Shown here: piece by piece, positions 28,559-37,349 of the stretch
How positions within the stretch are numbered: the stretch's first letter is position 1
Layout: each line of letters begins with the position of its first letter
IMG/VR virus record: IMGVR_UViG_3300037067_006298
Span: 1-64,000 of that record
Reading direction: 5' to 3' (one strand)
Length of the DNA: 64,000 nucleotides
DNA from: a virus
Lineage: Duplodnaviria > Caudoviricetes
Position numbers and translations under genes: made by a program
The notes under the pieces: model-generated
The model's input: the letters and a program-made list of their open reading frames with translations, nothing else
What the model was told of the DNA's origin: nothing
The model's database searches: none

Positions 28559-31027
28559 TTAAATATAAATAGTTGCTAAATCAATTACTACAATATCACC
28601 TGCCAATAAAGTAACATCAAGAACAATAGTCCCATTATAATAGTCATACATAGCAGATACACTACTTCTTCCCTGTACCACTCCATTTACTTTTGCTCTC
28701 CAATATAGTGTAAATGGGTTTGATCTTCCTGTTACCGGATCAAAATAAACAGACATATAAACATTTTTACTTCCACTCGTAGATGAGGCGTGTCCTATTG
28801 ACATTACTAATCCTGCGGGTTCAGTAGAATCCACTTCTACCGTACAATCAATAGCAGTCCCAACCGGAGGAGTACCTGTTGCCTGTTCTACAAAAACAGA
28901 AACAGTGTCTCCTAATGGGCCTAATCCTGCTACTACGGTTCCAAATGTAATTGCCTCTGACGGTTTTGCGCTTCCTGTATTTTCAGCAGTTGGGAATACA
29001 TACAAAGTATCTCCTGTATTAAAATACATCCCAACTACTAATTCGTATGTGCCTCTCATTATGGTTATCCATGACGGCTTCGATACAAGATACCCGTTAT
29101 AAGGTAAACAAGTGATTATTACATCTTGTTTTGATGAAAGTCCATATTCTGCTGCCGTCCATATCATGTGTACTAATGATGCTTCTATGCTCGATAGAAT
29201 AGTAACGGGCAGTAGTGCCGAAATGACTGTATTTACATAATCAGAAGCACTTTTTGAAATATCTTCAGTAGATAAATACACGTCAACGGTTTCTCCTGCG
29301 CTAATATTCCTGCCAAGAGATATGGTTTTTGTATTATTTGTGCTATTTACAACTGTAAAACTACCATACCCATACGGGAGCACTCCAATATTTGCCCTCC
29401 AAAACATAGTAAACGATATTCCAGAACCATAGTCAGAATTATCTACCCTGAATGAAAGATTAACGACATTACTTGCGCTCATTGCATTAGCCAAGGCATT
29501 AGATATTGTCATATCAGGGTCAACTACATCGGGGTCTTTCTGGAGGGTACAGGTTATTGCGACTGGTACAGGTTCTGTTGCTCCGGTTTGTTGTACAAGG
29601 ATAGAGGTACTATCTCCATAAGTATTTGACATTACAATATATCCCGTTCGAGCAACACCTACTACGGTGTTTTCTGTTGATGGAAACGCATAAATTATTT
29701 CTCCGTCAACCATTGTCATCCCGGCAGACATTACACTTCCCTCAGAACCTCCTCCGTTTCTTTCTATTGTAAGCCACGAAGGAAAAGATGTTAAGTATAA
29801 TGTTGTTGGAGCACAATCAATTGTAATTGATGATTTATTCGCATACCCATAGGCAGTGGCTCCCCAGTTCATTGCAGGAATGGATGAGACATAAGATAAT
29901 ACTACTGTTGGGAGAAGGGGTGTAATATTCATATTAACCACTGCACTACTTGGATTATTTACTGATATAACGGTCGGTGCGGGTAACGTCAAAGACATTG
30001 TGATATTTTCAGCATTGGTAGTTACTGATATTTCCTCTGCCCTCTCTTGTTCACTGAATTTGTCAATAGTCTCAATAAGATACCATTTTGAAGGATCGTC
30101 ACTGCTTCTACCAATGACTTCTATTGCTCTGACTTCTTCCCCCCCTGAGTTGACGGTTATCTTTAACTTATTATTGAGTGATATTTGCTCATTTGCAAGT
30201 CCTGTGGCAGTTTCTTCTTCTGCCTGTGGCACCGGAACAATACTTGCCGGGGAAAATGTGCTCTTTCTCCAATCCATGTAAACATACCGATATGCAACTT
30301 GAAATAATGTCTGCCTTAAATTATTTATCTTACGATTATCGTCTGATTGATATGTTACTATCGGAGGATGAGATGGGGGGGTTGGTTCAAAATAGAAATT
30401 CTTAACATTCATTGAATAATACGCATCTTCAATCAGGCATTTTAGGTCTAACCAATTTGCACCAGAATCACTTTTTGGCTCATTGCCATAATTAGAATGA
30501 ACAAGACTCTTATAGTATTTATTCCCATTAGAGACAATCTGGTCTACCCCATAACTTACTGTGGTACTCCATTCAACTGTTGTGGGATATTGACCATAAC
30601 CAATTTTAAGTGCAAATGATTTCTTTGCCCTCTCAATATCCATCTGGTAAATCGGATTCTTATTGTCTGTCCATATTAATCTTCCGTGTACTACTCGAGG
30701 ATTGTATATTTTGAAAAGAGGATCAAATCCGATGTTATTATTCTTGTCATAATAAACAACTGTCTGGACACGAGTGTCAATATTTATTTCAATTATCCAT
30801 GATGCCTGATAAAAGGTATCAATATAGAATACATAAAGATTCCTGTTTTCTGGATCAATACATTTCCCATTTAAAAGGATATTGGTGTATTTAGAATCTT
30901 CTTTAGAATTAATTACAGTTCCGTCAGAGATAAGCCTTACTGATCTCCAATGAGATTTTAATGCAACTGTCTTAGTGGCAACTGCACTGTTATAGGATAA
31001 GGATAATATTTTGGCTGTTGTACTCAT
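28559..31027 (-). CDS. tail tip protein middle part fused to two tandem BACON-like/Ig-like units
   Basis: LNGKCIDPENRNLYVF, LIWTDNKNP, PP..PP, LFQVAYRYVY.D...S.FSP, IEVIGR...WYLIETIDK; then repeated beta-rich units. Confidence 0.7.
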   Translation of the reverse strand: MSTTAKILSLSYNSAVATKTVALKSHWRSVRLISDGTVINSKEDSKYTNILLNGKCIDPENRNLYVFYIDTFYQASWIIEINIDTRVQTVVYYDKNNNIGFDPLFKIYNPRVVHGRLIWTDNKNPIYQMDIERAKKSFALKIGYGQYPTTVEWSTTVSYGVDQIVSNGNKYYKSLVHSNYGNEPKSDSGANWLDLKCLIEDAYYSMNVKNFYFEPTPPSHPPIVTYQSDDNRKINNLRQTLFQVAYRYVYMDWRKSTFSPASIVPVPQAEEETATGLANEQISLNNKLKITVNSGGEEVRAIEVIGRSSDDPSKWYLIETIDKFSEQERAEEISVTTNAENITMSLTLPAPTVISVNNPSSAVVNMNITPLLPTVVLSYVSSIPAMNWGATAYGYANKSSITIDCAPTTLYLTSFPSWLTIERNGGGSEGSVMSAGMTMVDGEIIYAFPSTENTVVGVARTGYIVMSNTYGDSTSILVQQTGATEPVPVAITCTLQKDPDVVDPDMTISNALANAMSASNVVNLSFRVDNSDYGSGISFTMFWRANIGVLPYGYGSFTVVNSTNNTKTISLGRNISAGETVDVYLSTEDISKSASDYVNTVISALLPVTILSSIEASLVHMIWTAAEYGLSSKQDVIITCLPYNGYLVSKPSWITIMRGTYELVVGMYFNTGDTLYVFPTAENTGSAKPSEAITFGTVVAGLGPLGDTVSVFVEQATGTPPVGTAIDCTVEVDSTEPAGLVMSIGHASSTSGSKNVYMSVYFDPVTGRSNPFTLYWRAKVNGVVQGRSSVSAMYDYYNGTIVLDVTLLAGDIVVIDLATIYI

Positions 31028-31030
31028 AAT

Positions 31031-32998
31031 TTAAGGGATATCACGCATACATCTTACTGCCCATCCCCATTTTTTATTCGCAGTATTAGTATTAAAATAA
31101 ATTTGATTATAATATGCAAATTTACCTAAAGCACTTATCGAACTACTTTCTGTTGCACTCCAATAATCTCCTTCATCGTTTATCTTTTGAAACACTCCAG
31201 TAGAATTTAGTCTCTGTCCCGAACCTAATAAACTAAAATTATATTCATCAGTTGCTCCTGTATTAGGTGTTGTCCAATGGGTTGTTCCCACCTCTTTTAA
31301 TTTACCACCTGCAACTGCACTACCCCCTAAAAATGTTATAAGTGTATCAAAATCTGTTTGGCTCGGTATTCTCCATCCCGCAGGTGCAAGTCCGTGAACG
31401 TTATCTACTGCATACCAATTATACAATGCTCCATAAGGTGTTTTGTTTACTATGTCATTATTATACCAACAGTATGCGCCAGTAACTACATAAATAGTAG
31501 ACTTTAAATCATAGGTAGGATATGTAGACCATACACCAGATACACTATGCCCCATCATACCTCCTGAATATACATCCCCGGTTTGAAAAGCGAGTGATAT
31601 ACAATTGTTTTGATCATGTGTAATAACGTCTTCGTATGACACGACAAAACAATACGTTCCCGCAGCAAGATCAATATTATTAAAAAGAAATATAGCCCCC
31701 GCTGATATATCACCCGGTGTTGCGATATTTAAAGAGTCTGCTATCTTTACTGAAGGGAGGTCTCCTACTGAAGTATAAATACTAAGTCTAATATTAAAGT
31801 TAGGGGAACCACCTAAAGACCCAGATAATTCGATACCGCTTACCGTGCTATTTCCTACTGTAAAACTCTGAGATATAGGGTTCTCAACCGGGGATGCCCA
31901 TGAACTTATATTACCGTTACTTGTAGAACTAATAACGAGATTACTCCCTGCATTAGTCCACTGGGTATTATCGGTTATATTTAATATTGGTGTTCCATCG
32001 GCATATTTAGTAGTCTTTAAATTCTCAACCAACCATTGTTGATTCCCGATGGTTACATAGGTATAAGCATTCCCATCCGCATCAACAACTCCATCAAGTG
32101 TTTTTATTGTTTGTATATTAGAATTATCTCCTGTCCCTACTTCATTATATCCTCTTACACGATAGTAGTAATTAGTAAATGGACTTAACCCAATAATGCT
32201 ATAAGTTAATACATTGCCTACATCAAGGTTATTATATCCTGCAACCAACGAAGTAAACAAGGCATCAGTAGCCACATCCAAATAATATCCAGTTGCGCCT
32301 CCTGCAATACTCCAGTTTGTTACAAATGTAGTTACGGTAATTTCACTTCCATTTAATGCTACAGGTGCTTCCGGCACTCCATCGTCCTGTAACCACAAAA
32401 GACAATTATTTCCAAGTAATTCAAATAACAAATCAAATTTACCTCCCGGGACTGCCGTAAACGCTGACAAGTCATCTGCTCCTGTATTAGGTGTTGTCCA
32501 TAACTCAGTACCGACATTCTTCATCTTCCCTCCTGCGATCATCACTCCACCAAGATATGTTAATAAGGTGTCAATATCTGCCTCTGTTGGTACTCTCCAT
32601 CCTGCCGGACAAAAGGTTGATGACATTATCTGATCATGCGTATATAGTCGTCCGTAAATAGGTGCGTTATCCTCGTCATCATCATAGACTTTTGAACCAG
32701 GATAATTAACATCATAGTTCTTTTTCATCCATGTCTGAGTCCCGATAACAATTTCATCATAGCCAGAATAGACAAATTGCCCTCCAATAGATGTACCATA
32801 ATATGTAATAGTTGAATCAGGTGAAATTAATATCCCTATCTCTCCTTGCAATGTTTCAAGTATCCCTTCCCCGTGTTGTTCGGAAGACCCTCCTGTACGA
32901 ATGTTCAATGCTCCAACATAGTCACCCTCAGGTAAATTTGCGGGGTTATCGTCTGAATTTAACCCACCAAAAAATCGTTTTTCTGATTTTATTTTCAT
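31031..32998 (-). CDS. tail tip protein N-terminus fused to FISUMP-FN3-FISUMP domains
   Basis: F.GGLNSDD....LPEGDY..ALNIR (aa 1-55); IGTQTWMKKN/YGRLY and IGNQQWLVENL/YGALYNWYAV...WAVRCMRD; FN3 W...GATGYYLDVA...GL.PFTNYYYRVR. Confidence 0.75.
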   Translation of the reverse strand: MKIKSEKRFFGGLNSDDNPANLPEGDYVGALNIRTGGSSEQHGEGILETLQGEIGILISPDSTITYYGTSIGGQFVYSGYDEIVIGTQTWMKKNYDVNYPGSKVYDDDEDNAPIYGRLYTHDQIMSSTFCPAGWRVPTEADIDTLLTYLGGVMIAGGKMKNVGTELWTTPNTGADDLSAFTAVPGGKFDLLFELLGNNCLLWLQDDGVPEAPVALNGSEITVTTFVTNWSIAGGATGYYLDVATDALFTSLVAGYNNLDVGNVLTYSIIGLSPFTNYYYRVRGYNEVGTGDNSNIQTIKTLDGVVDADGNAYTYVTIGNQQWLVENLKTTKYADGTPILNITDNTQWTNAGSNLVISSTSNGNISSWASPVENPISQSFTVGNSTVSGIELSGSLGGSPNFNIRLSIYTSVGDLPSVKIADSLNIATPGDISAGAIFLFNNIDLAAGTYCFVVSYEDVITHDQNNCISLAFQTGDVYSGGMMGHSVSGVWSTYPTYDLKSTIYVVTGAYCWYNNDIVNKTPYGALYNWYAVDNVHGLAPAGWRIPSQTDFDTLITFLGGSAVAGGKLKEVGTTHWTTPNTGATDEYNFSLLGSGQRLNSTGVFQKINDEGDYWSATESSSISALGKFAYYNQIYFNTNTANKKWGWAVRCMRDIP

Positions 32999-33780
32999 CT
33001 CTTGGGGGCCTGATGTGTCGTACTATAAAACATTTGAAGATATTCACTTGCTGTAAATGAATTACTAAACGATCTTAATGCCTCGATCTGTTGATCATAC
33101 TCTCTTTTAAGTCGTTCTTTTGCGTTATTTGATATACGTGGATCATTCTCGTCTCGTTGCCATAGAACGTATGCCCTGAGTGCAGCAACACACTCACGAG
33201 GTATCATGGATGATCCGTCTGTCTTTAATCCGGTTGAGATATATTCCATCACTATCTCAGATCGAGGGGAAGAACCAGAGAACACCAGTTGTCTGTTTTC
33301 TCTATCTACCCTGAAATAACAATCGTCAATGCCTCCGGGAAGGCCATACAGCCCTCCTACGAAAACACCATTCCGGTAATGATCACTGAAGAAGATGATG
33401 CTGGAAACCAAATCCGCTCCTATTGCTGCACCATAATAATTACCAATCAATTCCCCTGTGTCATCAAATGTTCTTGGAAACAATATGTTATCATTATGAG
33501 ATATGACTCTCAGTTGACCATTATAAGGATACCCTATTTTTATGTAATCAACAAAGTCGGATGGTAATTGAACTGTCTTCGCTGCGCTCATGTGTAAATA
33601 CACCACCTCGGAACCAACATCCAAGTGATACATGGCAAGGTCTTCCGAAAATCCTTCAATAGCTATCTGTACAAGCCTCTTATACTGAACAAGAGAATAG
33701 TCATTAAGTCTGTTTAGCACGGACATTATGACATAACGAATTGTTACTAAGCCACCTGTTTTCGGAGATATATTTGACAT
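32995..33780 (-). CDS. tail ring/tubular protein (paralog of 33802-34638)
   Basis: LP.DFVDYIKIGY motif; position between head genes and tail tip. Confidence 0.6.
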   Translation of the reverse strand: MSNISPKTGGLVTIRYVIMSVLNRLNDYSLVQYKRLVQIAIEGFSEDLAMYHLDVGSEVVYLHMSAAKTVQLPSDFVDYIKIGYPYNGQLRVISHNDNILFPRTFDDTGELIGNYYGAAIGADLVSSIIFFSDHYRNGVFVGGLYGLPGGIDDCYFRVDRENRQLVFSGSSPRSEIVMEYISTGLKTDGSSMIPRECVAALRAYVLWQRDENDPRISNNAKERLKREYDQQIEALRSFSNSFTASEYLQMFYSTTHQAPKR

Positions 33781-33801
33781 CTTATGAGGATATTAGTTTT
33801 C

Positions 33802-34638
33802 CTATGAGGTTTTCTTTGCGGACTGATGGCTTGTGGTATAAAGCATTTTCTTATACTCCTCCATTGCCAGTGCATTTTTGAAACTACGAAGCGATTCAAC
33901 GGCATCCTTGTATTCTGCTTTACGTCTTGTTCTTTCACTTTCCGGCACTTTCATGTCGTGTTCTACCATCTGCCACAAGATATATGCACGAAGGGGGATA
34001 ATAGTCTCTCTTGGCACCATAGAACTACCATCTGACTTCATCCCTGTTGAGATATACTCCAATACAATTTCTGATCTCGGTGTGTTTCCTGAAAATACTA
34101 TCTGCCTATTTTCCCTGTCAATGCGATAATAAGCCTGATCAACTCCTCCGGGTAATCCAAATAACCCTCCAATAAACTGTCCGTTACGAAAATGATCGCT
34201 AAAGAAAATTTGATTTGGATCTTCGGTGTCTGCCACGAATACTCCTCCGATTACTGCGCCATAAGTTGTATTCCCAATTGCAGTTCCGGTGTCTGCAACA
34301 AATATTCCTCCGATAGTACTCCCATAAAATGTTCTTGGTAACAGGATATTATCATTGCGTGTAATAAGCCTTATTTTCCCATCAAGAGGATAACCTACTT
34401 TAACAAAATCAATAAAGTCGGCAGGCAGCGGAACCGTCTTCGCTGCGCTCATGTGTAGATATACCACTTCAAGTCCTTCTTCGGAATGAAATAAACGAAG
34501 TTCCTCGATGCCTTCAATGGCAATTTCGACTAATCGCTTGTATTGTCTCATGGAATAGTCCTGCACCCTGTTTAAGACTTGCATTACTATATGTCTGATT
34601 GTTACCAGACCGCTTGTTTTCGGGTTCTCTACACTCAT
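33802..34638 (-). CDS. tail ring/tubular protein (paralog of 32995-33780)
   Basis: LPADFIDFVKVGY; strong similarity to the adjacent gene. Confidence 0.6.
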   Translation of the reverse strand: MSVENPKTSGLVTIRHIVMQVLNRVQDYSMRQYKRLVEIAIEGIEELRLFHSEEGLEVVYLHMSAAKTVPLPADFIDFVKVGYPLDGKIRLITRNDNILLPRTFYGSTIGGIFVADTGTAIGNTTYGAVIGGVFVADTEDPNQIFFSDHFRNGQFIGGLFGLPGGVDQAYYRIDRENRQIVFSGNTPRSEIVLEYISTGMKSDGSSMVPRETIIPLRAYILWQMVEHDMKVPESERTRRKAEYKDAVESLRSFKNALAMEEYKKMLYTTSHQSAKKTS

Positions 34639-34643
34639 GGTAA

Positions 34644-35300
34644 TTACGAATTAACTACATTACTTGGAAGGTTTGGTACAGGGATGCGTTTACCCATCAA
34701 ATCAATAACCTGCCTGATTATATCATCCTCCATTGCTGAAGGCATTGCTATCTCATCAAAGTCATCCAACTGATCAAGAGGAACTACCATCATAACATCC
34801 AATGCAGTGATCAAAGATGTTATCGGAAGTTTACTGAGTCTTAAAATTGTACTTGCCTCTCCTGCGCCTACATTTACGTTACTTCTCTGTACGTTGTACG
34901 TAGGTGTACTATCCATAGTATTAACATCCAATTCTGCAAATATCACGGCAGAAGTGTTTTCTACTGGCGCAAACACGTTTCCATTGTTATTGTGATCACA
35001 CACCTGTCTCACCCCCATGTTATTCGGAAGTTGAGACGGAGCAAATGGCAGTAGTGCATATCCGGTAGTCCCCGGAGCAACCTGTCCTGTTACTGCACAC
35101 TCATATATCTTACACCACGCATCCAATTGACTATAATCGCTGGATTTTAATCCATTTTGATAAGTGTCATATACCGCCCTGTTAAATACAGAGTTAAGAT
35201 GAACCTTTATAATCTCGGGATGATAGATGCCCCTTTGATCTCCGGCGGAATCACTTGCAAAGAAGTAAGCAACCGCATCTATGATGTTAATCTTTTTCAT
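34644..35300 (-). CDS. putative tail ring/adaptor protein
   Basis: 218 aa; position within ring gene series. Confidence 0.5.
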   Translation of the reverse strand: MKKINIIDAVAYFFASDSAGDQRGIYHPEIIKVHLNSVFNRAVYDTYQNGLKSSDYSQLDAWCKIYECAVTGQVAPGTTGYALLPFAPSQLPNNMGVRQVCDHNNNGNVFAPVENTSAVIFAELDVNTMDSTPTYNVQRSNVNVGAGEASTILRLSKLPITSLITALDVMMVVPLDQLDDFDEIAMPSAMEDDIIRQVIDLMGKRIPVPNLPSNVVNS

Positions 35301-35442
35301 TTCTTTTCTTTTTTATAATACGTTCTGGCAACTTTAATCCTCTTGATGAACTGTCAAATTCCTTAACTGTCCTATGTGAAATCTTCCCTTGTTTTTCAAG
35401 TATGTGAAATTTCTTACGTTGTGATTCGCTGACATAAGGCAT
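35287..35442 (-). CDS. 51-aa basic protein (absent from ORF track)
   Basis: Manually translated MPYVSESQRKKFHILEKQGKISHRTVKEFDSSSRGLKLPERIIKKKRNEKD; resembles the small phage family MP..S..QR...LPE. Confidence 0.65.
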   Translation of the reverse strand: MPYVSESQRKKFHILEKQGKISHRTVKEFDSSSRGLKLPERIIKKKRNEKD

Positions 35443-35444
35443 TT

Positions 35445-36143
35445 CTATCCCTCCTTTAACTTTGTTTCGGCATACTGTACCAATTCTGCTTCACGCAAAT
35501 TTACACCTATTAGACTTAATATCATCTTGGTCAATGTAAAATGTTCGTCTTTAGTCCATTCAAATTCAGTAGAAGTAGTGGGTGCATAAGTTATCCCCCC
35601 ATCCCATTCTGTATAAGAGAACACCGGCTCAATAGGAAATCTGTAATATGAAAAATCAACAGCAAGTATTGTTATTGGTCTTATGTGAATCCCATCATTA
35701 CGTATTACTGCAACCGGATTCATTGTTGTCGGTTGCTTGGTGTAGTTTCCTTCTCTTGCCGTGAATGCGGATTCTCTTAGTATCTCTACTATTCTGGGAA
35801 ATGAAGTTGCAATACTATTTATAGTTTTGGAGTAATTATAAGCCAATGAGTCTGCGTGTGCATAATTAGAAGGAAAAGGCAATACTCCATTTGTAACAGA
35901 CTGTGATAATAACAGTGTTTTAAATGCCTTCATGTCATCAACATTCTTCAATGATATATCGGCATATTCACTTGGGATAGGCTTCCCTGGTTGATATTCT
36001 TCGGGTAATCCGTACTTCTGTCGAAATAGGTCAATATTCACTACTTTGATAAGTTCATTGAACCGTACAGGAGTGATTATGTTACCCGAAAAGTCCTTAT
36101 TGACTATCAGCTCTATCAGATTATATATTTCACCTAAAGTCAT
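35445..36143 (-). CDS. putative portal-proximal tail ring (gatekeeper-like) protein
   Basis: IY..I..I.NKD.SG.I.P..FN...; Y.R.P..P.F.Y; FE W..D.H..L...IL..IGVNLRE. Confidence 0.6.
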   Translation of the reverse strand: MTLGEIYNLIELIVNKDFSGNIITPVRFNELIKVVNIDLFRQKYGLPEEYQPGKPIPSEYADISLKNVDDMKAFKTLLLSQSVTNGVLPFPSNYAHADSLAYNYSKTINSIATSFPRIVEILRESAFTAREGNYTKQPTTMNPVAVIRNDGIHIRPITILAVDFSYYRFPIEPVFSYTEWDGGITYAPTTSTEFEWTKDEHFTLTKMILSLIGVNLREAELVQYAETKLKEG

Positions 36144-36146
36144 CTC

Positions 36147-36419
36147 TTATTTTATTAATTTCATTGAATCTATTTTTACAGTATCAATCTGAACGGATTT
36201 GCATCCTCCACGTGTTATCGGTGAAATACCATGTTCTCTCATTTTCTTATAAAACTTTTGATGTTCTTTATTATCCTGATATTCCTTAAATTTATCATTA
36301 GTAATGATAGTCACTACCAAAATAACCAATACACCAAGAACGTATTTAAATATCTTCATAAGATTCTTCTCATTCATATCATTGTAATTTTCCCAACAAT
36401 ATCTTAACATTCCCATCAA
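36147..36419 (-). CDS. single-TM membrane protein
   Basis: KYVLGVLVILVVTII hydrophobic helix; start uncertain. Confidence 0.5.
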   Translation of the reverse strand: MMGMLRYCWENYNDMNEKNLMKIFKYVLGVLVILVVTIITNDKFKEYQDNKEHQKFYKKMREHGISPITRGGCKSVQIDTVKIDSMKLIK

Positions 36420-36765
36420 CTGATTCTATGAGTTTAACCATTTGTTTATTTGTTTCGGCAGATTCATCAGAATGCATTTTTAGTGCTTCCATAATTTTAT
36501 CATCCTGATCATCTACATACTTATACGTAGGTCTTATATTAAACTCATGGGATATACGTTCATCTTCCATCTTCTTTTGTTTCCCTTCTTCTTTTTCCAT
36601 GATTAATTTTTGTGTTAAAAGAAATATTATTATTGATACACATACTGATATTATTACTGGTTCCTGCTCTCCAAAAATTCTTTGTGTAAGAAAAAATACA
36701 ATTATTGCTATTGCAATTGAAATGATGAGTGTACACCAGATCGAGTTTAGGAATTTTTTAGGCAT
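36379..36765 (-). CDS. two-TM membrane protein with coiled-coil tail (holin-like)
   Basis: Two hydrophobic helices then charged helical C-terminus. Confidence 0.5.
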   Translation of the reverse strand: MPKKFLNSIWCTLIISIAIAIIVFFLTQRIFGEQEPVIISVCVSIIIFLLTQKLIMEKEEGKQKKMEDERISHEFNIRPTYKYVDDQDDKIMEALKMHSDESAETNKQMVKLIESVDGNVKILLGKLQ

Positions 36766-37147
36766 GACGTTTTTTTATTAAATATAAACAATAAAATAAA
36801 CTAAATATCAAAAGAAAAACCAACACTATACTCCATAAATCAATCCATATTTCTTTTGAAAATAAATAAATAGATGAGAAACAACTAATATGATATATTA
36901 TTTTAATTCCGAGATAAACTAATAACCCTCCAAAAAACCATTTTATAAAACCAGTTGCAAAAAGAAATATAACAGTACAAAGGGTTAGCGTGAGTCCCTC
37001 TTCGGAGATTGCCCACACTACACCCCATTGTTTTTCTGTCAATCCTAAATAGCCTTCGTGAGATAAATGATATAAACTGATCGCTATTGTAAATAACAAA
37101 CAACTTGAAACGGTCAATATCTCTATCAAATCAAACTTTCGTGCCAT
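36758..37147 (-). CDS. multi-pass membrane protein
   Basis: About four hydrophobic helices in 129 aa. Confidence 0.6.
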   Translation of the reverse strand: MARKFDLIEILTVSSCLLFTIAISLYHLSHEGYLGLTEKQWGVVWAISEEGLTLTLCTVIFLFATGFIKWFFGGLLVYLGIKIIYHISCFSSIYLFSKEIWIDLWSIVLVFLLIFSLFYCLYLIKKRHA

Positions 37148-37274
37148 ATTTCTTATTCCATACTGTTAATTTATGAACATAATGAACATACCTAAATGGA
37201 TATGTAATATTAGCAACCAAAATTTTTCCAGGAGGATCAGGCGGTTTTGGAGGTGGAGGAATAACCGGACTCAT
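37131..37274 (-). CDS. 47-aa proline-rich peptide (absent from ORF track)
   Basis: Manually translated MSPVIPPPPKPPDPPGKILVANITYPFRYVHYVHKLTVWNKKYGTKV; AAAATT before ATG like other genes. Confidence 0.45.
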   Translation of the reverse strand: MSPVIPPPPKPPDPPGKILVANITYPFRYVHYVHKLTVWNKKYGTKV

Positions 37275-37349
37275 AATTTTAAGTTTTAAGTTAATATTTC
37301 AAATCGTCACAAATATCAATAGTAAAGTGTATAGTGTTTTCATAATTAA

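Noticed and set aside
28138-30040. Long-range pairing between the ends of the second tail-tip insertion (AGTAACTACCAATGC with GCACTTGGTATTATT)
   Set aside because: About 14 bp with two bulges in AT-rich DNA is plausibly chance; no group I/II intron core recognised
28128-31031. Stop-codon recoding or TAA read-through (TAA-ATT-ATG at 31031 and TAA-TTT-ATC-GAG-ATG at 28138 are in frame)
   Set aside because: TAA ends many clearly separate genes here and long ORFs are intact in code 11; in-frame spacing is a 1-in-3 coincidence each time
31031-31300. Active diversity-generating retroelement
   Set aside because: No reverse transcriptase, Avd or adenine-variant template repeat found in the window; the 24-bp repeat is explained by FISUMP paralogy
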